The notes beneath the pieces are model-generated. The model did no database searches and had not been told where the DNA came from. It saw only the letters and a program-made list of their open reading frames with translations. From positions 59,759 through 123,758 of IMG/VR virus record IMGVR_UViG_3300025310_000004: 64,000 bases of DNA. One strand, given 5' to 3'. Of the stretch, positions 8,418 to 18,515 are shown one piece after another (position 1 is the stretch's first letter; each line of letters begins with the position of its first letter). The position numbers were made by a program, and so were the translations under genes. The stretch comes from a virus (lineage: Duplodnaviria; Heunggongvirae; Uroviricota; Caudoviricetes).

Positions 8418-11400
8418 GTGCCACGATCTGGCCCACTGCGTCGAGTCCAACTGATGACCAACCGGCGCTTGGCGGGGTTTGCCATGGCGCGCCCACAGGC
8501 ATCGGCCTACGCCACCACTGCGGCCCTCACCAAGATCGGCGACATCAAGGCCCCCTACGGCACCGTCGAGGCGTGGCAGCGCGACGCTTACGGCTACTAC
8601 GAGGTCATCGGTGAGGTCGGGTACATCATCGGCATGACGGCCAACACGGTGGCCGCGTGCGAGATCAGGCCCATCGAGGTGGACAACGAGGTTGCCCCCG
8701 GTGGATGGCGAGAGACGGGCGATGAGCGCGTCCTGCGGGTGTGGAATGCCCTCGTTGGACCTCGCGGCGGCAAGGCCGAGTTGTATCGCAAGGCGTCCAT
8801 GAACCTGCAGATCGCGGGCGAGTGCTTCTTGCTCGGCTCGCCGATGGAGGACGAGTTCGGTCGTGAGGCTGGCATCTCCTGGGAGTTCATCTCCCCCGAG
8901 GAGTTGAAGGTCGAGAACTACGGCCGCACCATCAAGCGCAACATGGGTGGCTACGGGGGTCAGCAGATCGTTGACCTCGATCCTGACGCCCACTACATCG
9001 CCCGGCTATGGCGTTCTGACCCAAGGTTCTCAGACCGCCCCGACTGTGCACTCAAGCACGTCCTTCCCATCTGCCGTGAGGTCGTTGTTCTCACCCAGGT
9101 GGTCGATGCCATCGCCAAGTCGCGACTGCCTGCCGGAATCCTGTTCGTCCCCGACGAGATGTCGTTCGGCCCCTACGACGAGACTGAGGACGACAGCGAC
9201 AACACCGACGAGATCGATCCGTTCACCCAGGAACTCATCGACCACCTGACCGCTCCCATCGAGGATCGTACCTCGGCTGCGTCGCTGGTCCCGCTGCTCA
9301 TGCGCGGTCCGGCCGAGTTCTTCGACAAGGTGAAGTTGATCGACATTGCCAAGGAACTCGACACGCTCTACATGGAGTTGCGTCAGGAGGCAATTCATCG
9401 TCTCGCTACCGGCCTGGACGTTCCGCCCGAGATCATGGAAGGCAAGGGCGGCCTCAACCACTGGTGCTTCGATGACCAGACCGAGGTGCTCACCACTGAG
9501 GGGTGGAAGTGCCTCGATGAGTTCGAGGTCGGCGACGTGGTGCTGTCGCTCAACCATGAGACTGGCACCACTGAATGGCGTCCGTCTGTGGACATGTACG
9601 TGGCTGACGTGGTGGATGAGCCGATGTTGAGCATCGAGGGTGATCGTCATTCGTCGTTGACCACGATGGATCACCGTTGGCCCACTCTCCACAGGGTGCG
9701 GGAGAATGTGGTTGACCCCGAGACGGGTCGTAAGACCTCTCGCGTTGTCGGCCAAGAGCGCATCTGGACCACCAGCGAGAAGTTGAACTCCAACGACTCA
9801 CTGATTGTTGGTGCCCGTTCATCGGAGCAGCCCGCCGAGCAGAAGTGGTCTGACGAGTTGGTCGAGGTGGCTGCTTGGCTGTGGACCGAGGGCAATATTC
9901 GGTTCCGTCATCAACGCGTGTCTCCGCAAATCGGCATCTGGCAGTCCATCAAGGTGAATCCTGACAACGTGGCCAGGATCAGGGCGGCGTTGACCGGGGT
10001 GTTTGGACCAGCCCTTGAATCTCTTACTGATGGTGAGGTTGGTCGGCCGACCGGCGATCGCCGTGAGGCGGCCTGGGTAGAGCGGATTCAGCCAGGTCGC
10101 CCCGATATGGTTGAGTTCAGGCTCAACGCCTCGGCGGCTGACGCCCTTGTTGGGTTGTTTGACGACCCCGCCCGCAAGGTCCTCAAGTTGGATTTCATCC
10201 GCGATCTCACCGTGGCGCAGTTGGAACTGTTCATCGACACCTCCATTCGAGCGGATGGCACTGTCTTGCCAGCCGGGACCATTCACATCACGCAATCCGA
10301 CCCCGACCGGCTCGCGCCGTTGGAGTTGGCCGCCATCCTTTCGGGCCGTTCCACCCACCTGTATGAAACGAAGCAGAACGGCACCATGCTGTCGATCTCA
10401 CCAAAGACGACTTTCACCCTGAGCCGCAAGCAGTTGCGGGTTGTGGACTACACGGGTCGCATCTGGTGCCCCACGGTTCCACCTTATCACAGTGTTCTGA
10501 TTCGGCGAAATGGAAAGGTTGCATTTACTGGACAAACCGGCTACAACATCGACGCGGACTTCATCTCCAAGCACGTCTCCCCCCTCGGTGACATGCTCTC
10601 GGAGTTCCTCACCTCGGCCTACCTGCGACCCATGCTGGTGGAGTTCGAGGACATGTCCGAAGATGAGGCATCGCAGTATCGCCTCCTGTTCGACCCCAGC
10701 CGCATCACGTCGCGTACCGACACCGGCCCCAATGCTCGTGCCGCCTACGACCGCACCGAGTTGTCTCGCGTCGCCTACCTGCGTGAGTCGGGCTTTGACG
10801 AGGCCGACGCTCCTGACTACGACGAGCGCAAGGAGCGTGACCTTCGCAGCCTGATGGCCGCCGAGCCGATCATCTTCGGCCCGCAGGTGATGGGCATGCT
10901 GTACCCCGAACTTGAGGGTGAACTCACCCTGCCGGAGAGCAGCGGCGGCAACGACGGGGGCGATCCCGGCAACCCGACTGACGTTCCTGAGCGCAAGAAC
11001 GACACGGGGCCATCATCGCGTCCCGTCATCGACAACGAGACGGGTCAGGACGAGCCGATGCCACGGGGTCCATCTGGGCCTCGCATGGAAGAAACCATCA
11101 TCGATCGGCTCGCTACCGGGGCAGACGCGGCCCTTGAGCGTGCCCTTGAGCGCGCTGGCAACAGGGTGCTGTCCAAGATGAATGGTGCCCACGTCTCGAT
11201 GAAGGACCGCTTCAAGTCCACCCCCAAGACCGAGATCATCTCTGGCGTCAGCGATCGCGAGTTGAGTCAACTTGGGTTGACGCTGACCGACCTGTTCGCT
11301 GGTTCGTGGGACAACCTGGCCGTTCGCGGCAAGGGTTGGCTGCGTCAGCACTTCATCGATCAGGGCATCGACAACTTCACCGCCGACGAGAAGGCAGCGA

Positions 11401-11546
11401 TGGTCATGAACTGTCTGCTCGCACTTCTTGAGGTTGAGGCCATGTCTGCGATGCAGCGCCCCCTGAGGGTTGGGCCGAACGGCTTGCGGGTCCCCAACGA
11501 GATGATCGAGCAGGCCCTTGAGCAGCACGAGAGGATTCCGACATGA
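8418..11546 (+). CDS. portal protein interrupted by an intein (Hint + LAGLIDADG-like endonuclease)
   Basis: 1042 aa. Portal-like exteins surround an insert that begins CFDDQTEVLTTEGW and has a WCP motif near its end. Confidence 0.6.
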   Translation: MPRSGPLRRVQLMTNRRLAGFAMARPQASAYATTAALTKIGDIKAPYGTVEAWQRDAYGYYEVIGEVGYIIGMTANTVAACEIRPIEVDNEVAPGGWRETGDERVLRVWNALVGPRGGKAELYRKASMNLQIAGECFLLGSPMEDEFGREAGISWEFISPEELKVENYGRTIKRNMGGYGGQQIVDLDPDAHYIARLWRSDPRFSDRPDCALKHVLPICREVVVLTQVVDAIAKSRLPAGILFVPDEMSFGPYDETEDDSDNTDEIDPFTQELIDHLTAPIEDRTSAASLVPLLMRGPAEFFDKVKLIDIAKELDTLYMELRQEAIHRLATGLDVPPEIMEGKGGLNHWCFDDQTEVLTTEGWKCLDEFEVGDVVLSLNHETGTTEWRPSVDMYVADVVDEPMLSIEGDRHSSLTTMDHRWPTLHRVRENVVDPETGRKTSRVVGQERIWTTSEKLNSNDSLIVGARSSEQPAEQKWSDELVEVAAWLWTEGNIRFRHQRVSPQIGIWQSIKVNPDNVARIRAALTGVFGPALESLTDGEVGRPTGDRREAAWVERIQPGRPDMVEFRLNASAADALVGLFDDPARKVLKLDFIRDLTVAQLELFIDTSIRADGTVLPAGTIHITQSDPDRLAPLELAAILSGRSTHLYETKQNGTMLSISPKTTFTLSRKQLRVVDYTGRIWCPTVPPYHSVLIRRNGKVAFTGQTGYNIDADFISKHVSPLGDMLSEFLTSAYLRPMLVEFEDMSEDEASQYRLLFDPSRITSRTDTGPNARAAYDRTELSRVAYLRESGFDEADAPDYDERKERDLRSLMAAEPIIFGPQVMGMLYPELEGELTLPESSGGNDGGDPGNPTDVPERKNDTGPSSRPVIDNETGQDEPMPRGPSGPRMEETIIDRLATGADAALERALERAGNRVLSKMNGAHVSMKDRFKSTPKTEIISGVSDRELSQLGLTLTDLFAGSWDNLAVRGKGWLRQHFIDQGIDNFTADEKAAMVMNCLLALLEVEAMSAMQRPLRVGPNGLRVPNEMIEQALEQHERIPT

Positions 11547-14500
11547 GCGGCAAGCGTTGGCTGGGGGTTGAGGCTGCTGCTGCTCGGCTCAAGGCTTCCT
11601 ACGCCGCCGATCAGCCCGACCACTCCGCCGGGATCATGGCGTGCGTGCGACCGAACGATCCAGGTCGGTTTGTTGTTGAGGGCGGCACCCCCGAGGAGGA
11701 GGTGCACCTCACCTTGGCCTACTTCGGCAAGGTGACCGACGAGGAGTGGACCGATTCAGCGCGCCAGCAGATCGCCGAGGTCATCTCGGCTGAGATCGCT
11801 GCTGACCGTGAGCCGATCCATGGCGAGATCACAGCCGTCACCACCTTCGAGTTGGCTGGCGAAGATGAACCGCCTCTCGTCTTGTTGGTTGATGCCCCTG
11901 GGCTTGGGGAGATGCGTGCGGCTCTCGTCAAGTCGGTCAACTCGGCCCTGGGTTCCGACCAGGAGATCAAGTCCAATCACGACTTCATGCCCCACATCAC
12001 CTTGTGTTACGGGGCGAATGACAGCGAGGAAGCCTTTGCCGAGGGACTCATCGGCGAGAAGGTGACCTTCGATTCGGTCGAACTTGTGTGGGGTACCGAG
12101 TCCTCCGTATGGCCCTTGGGGTCAAATCGATCCGATGCCATCTCTGACTCTGAGGCCGAGAACGGGCTACGATTTGAGGACACGAATGCCCCGCAGTTCG
12201 CTGAGCCAGGTGCCCAGGAGGGTGAGATGCCTTACGAGATCGTGGAGAAGCACCCTGAGTGCAGCGCGGGCGACCCCTACGCGGTCGTCAAGTCTGACGA
12301 CGGGGAACTGATGGGCTGCCATCCCAGCCGCCAGGATGCGGAGGAGCAGATGGCTGCTCTGTACCAGGCCGAGGAGGGCAAGGAGGAGGACTCCATCGAG
12401 GCTTCGGCCGATCCGCTAGCCATCGTGATCGGCGACGAGCCGACTCGTGATGAGCGCCTAGCGGCGATCGATGAGTTCGTTGCACCGAAGAACGGTGCTG
12501 GTGGCGGGGGCGCGAGCGACGACGAGGACGAGGAGGATGACTCTGAGTCCGAGGATGAGGTGGAGATCGAGGTTGAGGTCAAGGATTCCGAGTCCGACGA
12601 CGAGGAGTCCGACGACGAGGAGGACATGGACGCCGAGGGCTCGGCTGAGTTCCAGGCCGTGGCGATCCACCACACCCCGACTTCCGATGGGCCGTGGGAC
12701 GGTCCGGCCAACGAGGCTCGTGCCAAGTCCGGCGAGAGCGAGGACTACTACCGGAACATCTTCGCGTGGCAGGACCCCGAGGGTGACCCTGAGACGAAGG
12801 CTGCCTGGCGGTTCATCCACCACGAGGTGAGCGAGGACGGCACCCCTGGTGCCGCCAACCTGCGCGCCTGCTCGACCGGCATCGGCGTGCTCAACGGTGG
12901 GCGCGGCGGGACCACGATCCCTGCCGCCGACCGCGAGGGTGTCTATCGCCACCTGGCAGCCCACCTGGCCGATGCCGAGAAGGAGGTCCCCGAGTTGACC
13001 TCCCTAGAGGGTGGCGAGGCCATGGAGGCGGAGAGCACCGCTGAGTTCAAGGCCGTCCCCTCGCACGACACCGCCACCATCGACCCGCCCACCTTCACTG
13101 AGTGGGACGGCGATGAGGCGGCCAAGCGTGCCCGGTCCGGCGAGACGCCTGACTACTACAACAAGATTTACGCGTGGGTTGACTCCAACGGTGACCCCAC
13201 CAACAAGACCTCCTACAAGTTCCCGCACCACGTCGTGTCCGAGTCCGGTGAGCCTGGTGCAGCCGTCGTCTGGGCCGTCCACTCCTCGATCGCCGTGATC
13301 GATGACTCGACCATCCCGACGAGCGACTACCAGGGGGTCTACAACCACCTCGCCAGGCACCTGCGTGATGCTGGTGTCGAGGACATCCCCGAGTTGGGCG
13401 AGGACGTTGCATCCATCGATGAGGTGCGTGCGGCGATCGCCACGATGCGCGCTCGGTTCCACGCCATGGCCGCCAAGGCCGTGCAGGAGGCTTCCGTGTC
13501 CAAGTCCGACATCACCGCATCCGACGACCTAGCCCTAGTGGGCGAGGTGGTTCGTCGTTGGTTCGAGTCCGTCGCCAAGTCCGAGGCCAAGGCCGTCGAG
13601 TCCGACGCAGCCTTCGCTGCCGATGACGAGGCAGCCATCTCCGACTGCCCCTGCCACGATGGCGTCCTAGAGGACGGGGCTACCCACACCGAGGGATGCC
13701 CCTTCGCCAAGTGCGACGACGAGATGGCCGAGGAGGCACCCGAGGGCGAGGAGATGCCCCCGGAGGACGACGAGGTTGTGGTCGGCGACTTCAAGCGCGG
13801 CGACTACGAGTGGGAGGGTGTGCTCATCGTTGAGGGCCTACCCTCCGGCGACGGCCGCATGATCGATGAGGGTGCGCTCACCTGGCGTGAGTTGCCGGTT
13901 CCCCTCATGCTGCAGACCATCAACGCTGGTGGTCACGATGGTGCTGTCATCGCTGGTTCGATCCACGAGATCGAGCGAGTCGGCCACGAGATCGTTGGCC
14001 GCGGCTACTTCGACTCTGGTGAGGCTGGCCAGGAGGCCAAGCGTCTGCTGAGCGAGGGCACCATGCGCGGCGTGAGCGCCGACATCGATTCGGTGGTGGC
14101 CGAACTGCGCGACGAGTCTGGTGCCGACGTTGCCATGGAGGATGTGTTGTTCGGCGATCCCGGCAACGTCATGGAGGTGCTGACCGAGGGTCGCATCATG
14201 GGAGCGACGATGACGCCGTTCCCCGCCTTCCAAGAGGCACACCTCAAGGTCATCGGCAAGGATGATGTCGATGAGGACATGGTGCTGGTGGCTTCCGGCT
14301 CCAAGGCCGACGGTGAGGTCTGGCGCTTCACCAGCCCCTACCCGCTGGTTGGTCGGGGTGGAGAGTCCTACAAGGTCGAGAGCCTCGTGGCATCCGGTGG
14401 CACGGTCACCGAGTTGCCGGTTATCCCGGTCCACCCGCCGCTGGCGTGGTTCGCCGCCGAGGACCCGGAACTCGATCCCAACATGCCCTTCACGGTGTTC

Positions 14501-15232
14501 CCCAACGGACGCATCTACGGCCTCGTTGCTCGGTGGGGCACTTGCCACATCGGCTTCTCGGATCGTTGTGTCCAGGTGCCGCGGCCTCACGACGGCTACG
14601 CCAACTTCCGTTGTGGTCACGTCCTGACCGCAGAGGGCACGTTGGTCAGCACCGGCCCCATCTACGCCGACACCGTGCACCCCAGCCTCAAGATGAGCGC
14701 CAGCGACGCCCAGGCGTTCTACGCTCACACGGGTTGCGCTCTGGGTGATGTCGTGCTCTACGAGGGCGAGTTCGGCATCTTGGCCGCTGGTGCGGTCAAG
14801 TCCGATGCTCCCATCGAGGCAGTCAACCGCCTGCGCGCTGCCGGGGTTTCCCCCGACTGGCGCACCATCGATCGCAACCTTGAGATCGTCGGCCTGCTGT
14901 CGGTCAACGTCTCCGGGTTCCCGGTGTCCACCGCCCTCGTTGCGGCGGCTTCGGAGATCGGTGGCATCGTTCCCACGGTCGGCGGTGAGCCGAAGTGGGA
15001 GGTCGATCGTGGTGAGTTCACGTCGCTGGTGGCCGCTGGCTCGCTGATGCCGTGCACCAACTGCGGATCGCACTCCATCGACAACGGGACGGCTCTGGCC
15101 CTCCTTGAGATGCTGAACGATCACGCCATCAAGATCGCCGAGTTGAGCGAGGTTGTGCGCCCCTACCGCATGGAGCGGCTGGTGTCTCGCTTGACCGAAC
15201 TCGGCATCGGGAGTGATCGCTCCGACAGTTAG
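11543..15232 (+). CDS. polyprotein-like fusion: 2H phosphoesterase domain, 2x ~130-aa repeats, U35 prohead protease, C-terminal domain
   Basis: HLTLAY and HITLCY H-x-T/S-x motifs at the N-terminus. Repeats FQAVAIHHTPTSDGPWDG / FKAVPSHDTATIDPPTFTEWDG. Protease block EGVLIVEGLPSGDGRMID...PLMLQ..H. Confidence 0.6.
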   Translation: MSGKRWLGVEAAAARLKASYAADQPDHSAGIMACVRPNDPGRFVVEGGTPEEEVHLTLAYFGKVTDEEWTDSARQQIAEVISAEIAADREPIHGEITAVTTFELAGEDEPPLVLLVDAPGLGEMRAALVKSVNSALGSDQEIKSNHDFMPHITLCYGANDSEEAFAEGLIGEKVTFDSVELVWGTESSVWPLGSNRSDAISDSEAENGLRFEDTNAPQFAEPGAQEGEMPYEIVEKHPECSAGDPYAVVKSDDGELMGCHPSRQDAEEQMAALYQAEEGKEEDSIEASADPLAIVIGDEPTRDERLAAIDEFVAPKNGAGGGGASDDEDEEDDSESEDEVEIEVEVKDSESDDEESDDEEDMDAEGSAEFQAVAIHHTPTSDGPWDGPANEARAKSGESEDYYRNIFAWQDPEGDPETKAAWRFIHHEVSEDGTPGAANLRACSTGIGVLNGGRGGTTIPAADREGVYRHLAAHLADAEKEVPELTSLEGGEAMEAESTAEFKAVPSHDTATIDPPTFTEWDGDEAAKRARSGETPDYYNKIYAWVDSNGDPTNKTSYKFPHHVVSESGEPGAAVVWAVHSSIAVIDDSTIPTSDYQGVYNHLARHLRDAGVEDIPELGEDVASIDEVRAAIATMRARFHAMAAKAVQEASVSKSDITASDDLALVGEVVRRWFESVAKSEAKAVESDAAFAADDEAAISDCPCHDGVLEDGATHTEGCPFAKCDDEMAEEAPEGEEMPPEDDEVVVGDFKRGDYEWEGVLIVEGLPSGDGRMIDEGALTWRELPVPLMLQTINAGGHDGAVIAGSIHEIERVGHEIVGRGYFDSGEAGQEAKRLLSEGTMRGVSADIDSVVAELRDESGADVAMEDVLFGDPGNVMEVLTEGRIMGATMTPFPAFQEAHLKVIGKDDVDEDMVLVASGSKADGEVWRFTSPYPLVGRGGESYKVESLVASGGTVTELPVIPVHPPLAWFAAEDPELDPNMPFTVFPNGRIYGLVARWGTCHIGFSDRCVQVPRPHDGYANFRCGHVLTAEGTLVSTGPIYADTVHPSLKMSASDAQAFYAHTGCALGDVVLYEGEFGILAAGAVKSDAPIEAVNRLRAAGVSPDWRTIDRNLEIVGLLSVNVSGFPVSTALVAAASEIGGIVPTVGGEPKWEVDRGEFTSLVAAGSLMPCTNCGSHSIDNGTALALLEMLNDHAIKIAELSEVVRPYRMERLVSRLTELGIGSDRSDS

Positions 15233-15291
15233 GCGCTCCATCGTCTAACATGGTCGGCGCGACCATAATGGTCTAACCAGGGGGTTCAGCC

Positions 15292-15624
15292 TTGGGGCTC
15301 GCCGACGAGATCAGTGCATCCCAGGAGAGTCTTTACCGGCGCAGCCGTTCAGCGGTTTGCTCGGTGAAGTTCATCCTCGACTATCTCTCTCCTGAGGACA
15401 GGAAGGCGCTCCAAGCCCTTCTTGACGACAAGCGCGTGTTCGGCACCTCCATTGCCGAGTTGCTCAACGGATGGGCACCCAAGGTGGAGATCGCTGCAGA
15501 AGATGAGAAGGACTCGGCGCGCTCTGCCGAACTCATTCATCTCGCTCAGTTGTGTGGCTCCATCTCCGATGGAACCGTTCAGCGCCATCGGCGCGGAAAG
15601 TGTCTCTGTGCTGAGGACGCCTGA
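15292..15624 (+). CDS. hypothetical protein
   Basis: 110-aa ORF with an AGGGGG SD. Confidence 0.45.
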   Translation: MGLADEISASQESLYRRSRSAVCSVKFILDYLSPEDRKALQALLDDKRVFGTSIAELLNGWAPKVEIAAEDEKDSARSAELIHLAQLCGSISDGTVQRHRRGKCLCAEDA

Positions 15625-16868
15625 TGGCCGACAAGCGTCTGACCGAGGACGTTCCTCAGTTGAGCATCATCAGCGACGCCAACCGGGTCGTCGCTGAGAC
15701 AGAGCGGCGAACCGTCAAGCACCCCAAGGGGTGGGAGCCTGGCGTCGCGTTCGATGGCCAAAGCGGCGTGATCTCGACCGGCCCGCGCACTGCCCCCAGC
15801 GCCCCCAGCGACAACGACTGGCTCGATCTGCTCGCCATCTGGAACCTCGACCCTGAGGTCTACGAGGTTGACCCCGACTACAACCCGGAGTTCCGAGCGT
15901 GGGACGCCAACATCGGTGGTGGAGAGGTTCAGCGGTTCTACTACTACAAGGCTCGTATCCGCCTGCGCCACCAGCGCTATGGCATCGATATGGACGAGGT
16001 GCTCGATGGCATCCGTCGGTGGAAGCGCCTCAGGGCAGTGCCCACCGGACCTCACTCGCTAGTCGTTCCTGTGTCGGACTGGCAGATCGGCAAGGGTGAT
16101 GGCGACGGCGTGCGCGGCACTGTCGATCGGATCATGACCTCCTTCGATCGGCTCGAAGATGTCATCGATGACCTCAAGCGCTCCAAGATCGGCCTTGAGT
16201 GCCTCTACTTGATCGGCATGGGCGACCTGATCGAGCAGTGCACCGGCAACTACCCGGCCCAGGCGTTCACCACCGAGTTGAATCGGCGCGAGCAGTTGCG
16301 ACTCACCTTCCGCTGCATGCGCGATGGAGCAGCACGTCTCTCGCGCAAGATGGATCGCATGGTGGTCGGTGGGGTCGCTGGCAACCACGGCGAGAACCGC
16401 ATCGACGGCAAGTTGTATACGACGCCCGGAGACAACGACGACCTGTTGGTGATCGAGATGGTCGCCAACGCTCTCTTGGAGAACGACGAAGCGTTCGGCC
16501 ACGTTTCGTTCGCCATCCCCGAGGAGAAGTTGTGGCTCGTGCTGGACATCTCCGGCGTTCCCGTCGGCTTCACTCATGGCCACCAAGCAGGACGTGGGGC
16601 TACTCCGCAGCAGAAGCAGAAGGAGTGGCTCAAGGACATGGCCTTCGGTGACCACGACATCGGCCAGGCCCGCATCGTGGTGACGGGCCACTACCACCAC
16701 TTGTCGGTGATCGATCACGGTCCCAAGGTGCACATCCAGTGCCCAGCGATGGATGGTGGGTCGCAGTGGTGGATCAACCGCACCGGATCGGACTCCTCCC
16801 CCGGCACCGCTTGTTTCGTCGTATCATCGGAGTACCGAATGGGGTTCGATCATCTCCGAGTGGTGTGA
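15624..16868 (+). CDS. calcineurin-like metallophosphoesterase (Mre11/SbcD-type motifs) with N-terminal extension
   Basis: GMGDLIE, AGNHGE, GHYHH and GH motifs. Confidence 0.6.
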   Translation: MADKRLTEDVPQLSIISDANRVVAETERRTVKHPKGWEPGVAFDGQSGVISTGPRTAPSAPSDNDWLDLLAIWNLDPEVYEVDPDYNPEFRAWDANIGGGEVQRFYYYKARIRLRHQRYGIDMDEVLDGIRRWKRLRAVPTGPHSLVVPVSDWQIGKGDGDGVRGTVDRIMTSFDRLEDVIDDLKRSKIGLECLYLIGMGDLIEQCTGNYPAQAFTTELNRREQLRLTFRCMRDGAARLSRKMDRMVVGGVAGNHGENRIDGKLYTTPGDNDDLLVIEMVANALLENDEAFGHVSFAIPEEKLWLVLDISGVPVGFTHGHQAGRGATPQQKQKEWLKDMAFGDHDIGQARIVVTGHYHHLSVIDHGPKVHIQCPAMDGGSQWWINRTGSDSSPGTACFVVSSEYRMGFDHLRVV

Positions 16869-17092
16869 TGGCTGGCGCAAACATCTTGGATCGCCTACAA
16901 AGAGACGACCATGACTGGCGAGCGCTAGTCGTCCTAGGGGCGTGCACATGGGAGATCACTGCGATCCTGTCGGGACGCCTGCCAACGATCACCGCAGTGT
17001 GGCATCGCTTTCGGACCCACCGTCTTGGGCGGCTTGGACTCTGGCTCGCTTTGGGGTGGCTGGTGGAGCACCTGTTCGGGGAGAACCGTTGA
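16868..17092 (+). CDS. small membrane protein (2 TM)
   Basis: ATGA overlap with the upstream gene. Hydrophobic segments. Confidence 0.45.
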   Translation: MAGANILDRLQRDDHDWRALVVLGACTWEITAILSGRLPTITAVWHRFRTHRLGRLGLWLALGWLVEHLFGENR

Positions 17093-17218
17093 TGGTGCCT
17101 TGCCTTGTCTGTGGGCAGGAGTATGATCCCATCCGGCATCGCTGGCTGAGCCCGTGTTGCCATGCGAAGGACACATGCTGCGAGGGGGAAGCCTGCCCCC
17201 TCCCCGAAGGGAGCACCT

Positions 17219-17815
17219 ATGCCGGAAGTCTTGATCGGAGTGGCGGGGTACGCGGGAGCAGGCAAGGACACCCTGGCTGACCTGCTGGTCGCTCACTTCG
17301 GGTTCACCAAGATGGCCTTTGCTGACCCGATGCGCGACATGGCGGCTGCCATCGATCCCATCGTGGGCTACCTCGATACCGAGGACCCCAACGAGGACGA
17401 GATCATCCGCTACACCGACGCCATCGAGTGGCATGGCTACACCGACGCCAAGGTGCTCTACCCCGAGATCAGGCGCTTCCTGCAGCGCCTCGGCACCGAG
17501 GCTGGCCGCGAGGGGCCGCTGGGTCAGGACATCTGGGTGAACGTCGGCATGGAGCGTGCCGAGGCTTACGACCGAGTGGTGTTCGCCGACACACGGTTCC
17601 GCAACGAGGCCGAGGCGATCAAGGCTCGCGGTGGGCGCACCATCCGCATCGAGCGCCCCGGCGTGGTCGCCCCCAACGACCACACCTCCGAGCATGACCT
17701 GGCGAAGTGGGACTTCGATCTGCACGTCAACAACAAGGGCACCATCGCCGACATGCTCCCGCGCCTCGAAGGCTTCTTCGCCCGCCACTTCCCCAGGGTC
17801 ATGCGAATCTCCTAG
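17219..17815 (+). CDS. P-loop kinase, dNMP kinase-like
   Basis: Walker A GVAGYAGAGKDT near the N-terminus. Resembles T4 gp1-type deoxynucleoside monophosphate kinases. Confidence 0.6.
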   Translation: MPEVLIGVAGYAGAGKDTLADLLVAHFGFTKMAFADPMRDMAAAIDPIVGYLDTEDPNEDEIIRYTDAIEWHGYTDAKVLYPEIRRFLQRLGTEAGREGPLGQDIWVNVGMERAEAYDRVVFADTRFRNEAEAIKARGGRTIRIERPGVVAPNDHTSEHDLAKWDFDLHVNNKGTIADMLPRLEGFFARHFPRVMRIS

Positions 17816-17819
17816 CCCG

Positions 17820-17841
17820 TGTCGCACCCAGGTGCCAAGGT
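17820..17841 (+). promoter_or_regulatory. conserved promoter motif TGTCGCACCC...CAAGGT (copy 2)
   Basis: Followed 7 nt later by the ATG at 17849 of a 16-codon ORF (MKRYSSSEVYSYSSSS). Confidence 0.4.
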
Positions 17842-17897
17842 GGTCCCCATGAAGCGCTACTCCTCCTCCGAGGTCTATTCCTACTCATCGAGTAGTT

Positions 17898-17925
17898 GAG
17901 CGAGCGCGTTCTCTGGCGCTCGCTC
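17898..17925 (+). terminator. perfect 10-bp hairpin GAGCGAGCGC-gttctctg-GCGCTCGCTC
   Basis: Seen directly. No U-tract follows. Confidence 0.4.
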
Positions 17926-17931
17926 TCACGA

Positions 17932-18017
17932 GAGGGTGCGCCGGAGTTGGAGAGCCGGGTTTGGCTGTAAACCAGATGGCACTGCCTGAGGGGGTTCGAT
18001 TCCCTCCACCCTCACCA
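17932..18017 (+). tRNA. tRNA-Tyr(GTA), class II, CCA encoded
   Basis: Acceptor GAGGGTG/CACCCTC. Anticodon loop CTGTAAA. T-arm GGGGG-TTCGATT-CCCTC. Confidence 0.7.
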
Positions 18018-18077
18018 CTTAGGTCCGTGGCGGAAACACTGCTCCTAGGGCAGAGAAACCGCAGCGGACCTAAGCAT

Positions 18078-18164
18078 GGAAGGTCAACCAGACAGGCGTG
18101 CTGGGACTCCCTGCTAAGGAGTTCGCCCCTTCCGGGGGGTGGGGTTCGAGTCTTCGGCCTTCCG
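18078..18164 (+). tRNA. tRNA-Ser(GCT)
   Basis: Acceptor GGAAGGT/GCCTTCC. Anticodon loop CTGCTAA. Long variable arm. No CCA. Confidence 0.6.
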
Positions 18165-18247
18165 CCGGAACGAACGTACCGATCTAGTTTTCGAGTCAGG
18201 TCAGTGAGCCTGCTCCGTACTGGAATCGGTACGGTCGTGCCGGACAT

Positions 18248-18337
18248 GGAGAGTCAACCGGGCAGGCGTACCGGCGCTCGTTGGAAGCGAGTTGGCACCT
18301 TCACGGGTGTGGGGTTCGAGTCCTCGGCTCTCCGCCA
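18248..18337 (+). tRNA. tRNA-Ser(GGA), CCA encoded
   Basis: Acceptor GGAGAGT/GCTCTCC. Anticodon loop TTGGAAG. Confidence 0.6.
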
Positions 18338-18338
18338 A

Positions 18339-18426
18339 GGAGAGTGAACCGGACAGGCGTGCCGGGACCGTCTCGAAAGCGGATCGCCCCTCCGGGGGTG
18401 GGGTTCAAGTCCTCCGCTCTCCGCCA
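18339..18426 (+). tRNA. tRNA-Ser(CGA), CCA encoded
   Basis: Anticodon loop CTCGAAA. Same acceptor as Ser(GGA). Confidence 0.55.
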
Positions 18427-18427
18427 C

Positions 18428-18515
18428 GGAAGGTCAACCCGACAGGCGTGCGGGCACCGCCTTGAAAGCGGATGGGGGCATCAGCCCTGGGGTTCGAGTC
18501 CTCGGCCTTCCGCCA
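18428..18515 (+). tRNA. tRNA-Ser(TGA), CCA encoded
   Basis: Anticodon loop CTTGAAA. Acceptor GGAAGGT/GCCTTCC. Confidence 0.55.

Noticed and set aside
12277-15241. Long minus-strand ORFs (e.g. 13838..15241, 12458..12964) antisense to the protease polyprotein
   Set aside because: High-GC antisense ORFs have arbitrary composition (Arg/Gly/Pro-rich). They are nested within a strongly supported plus-strand gene.
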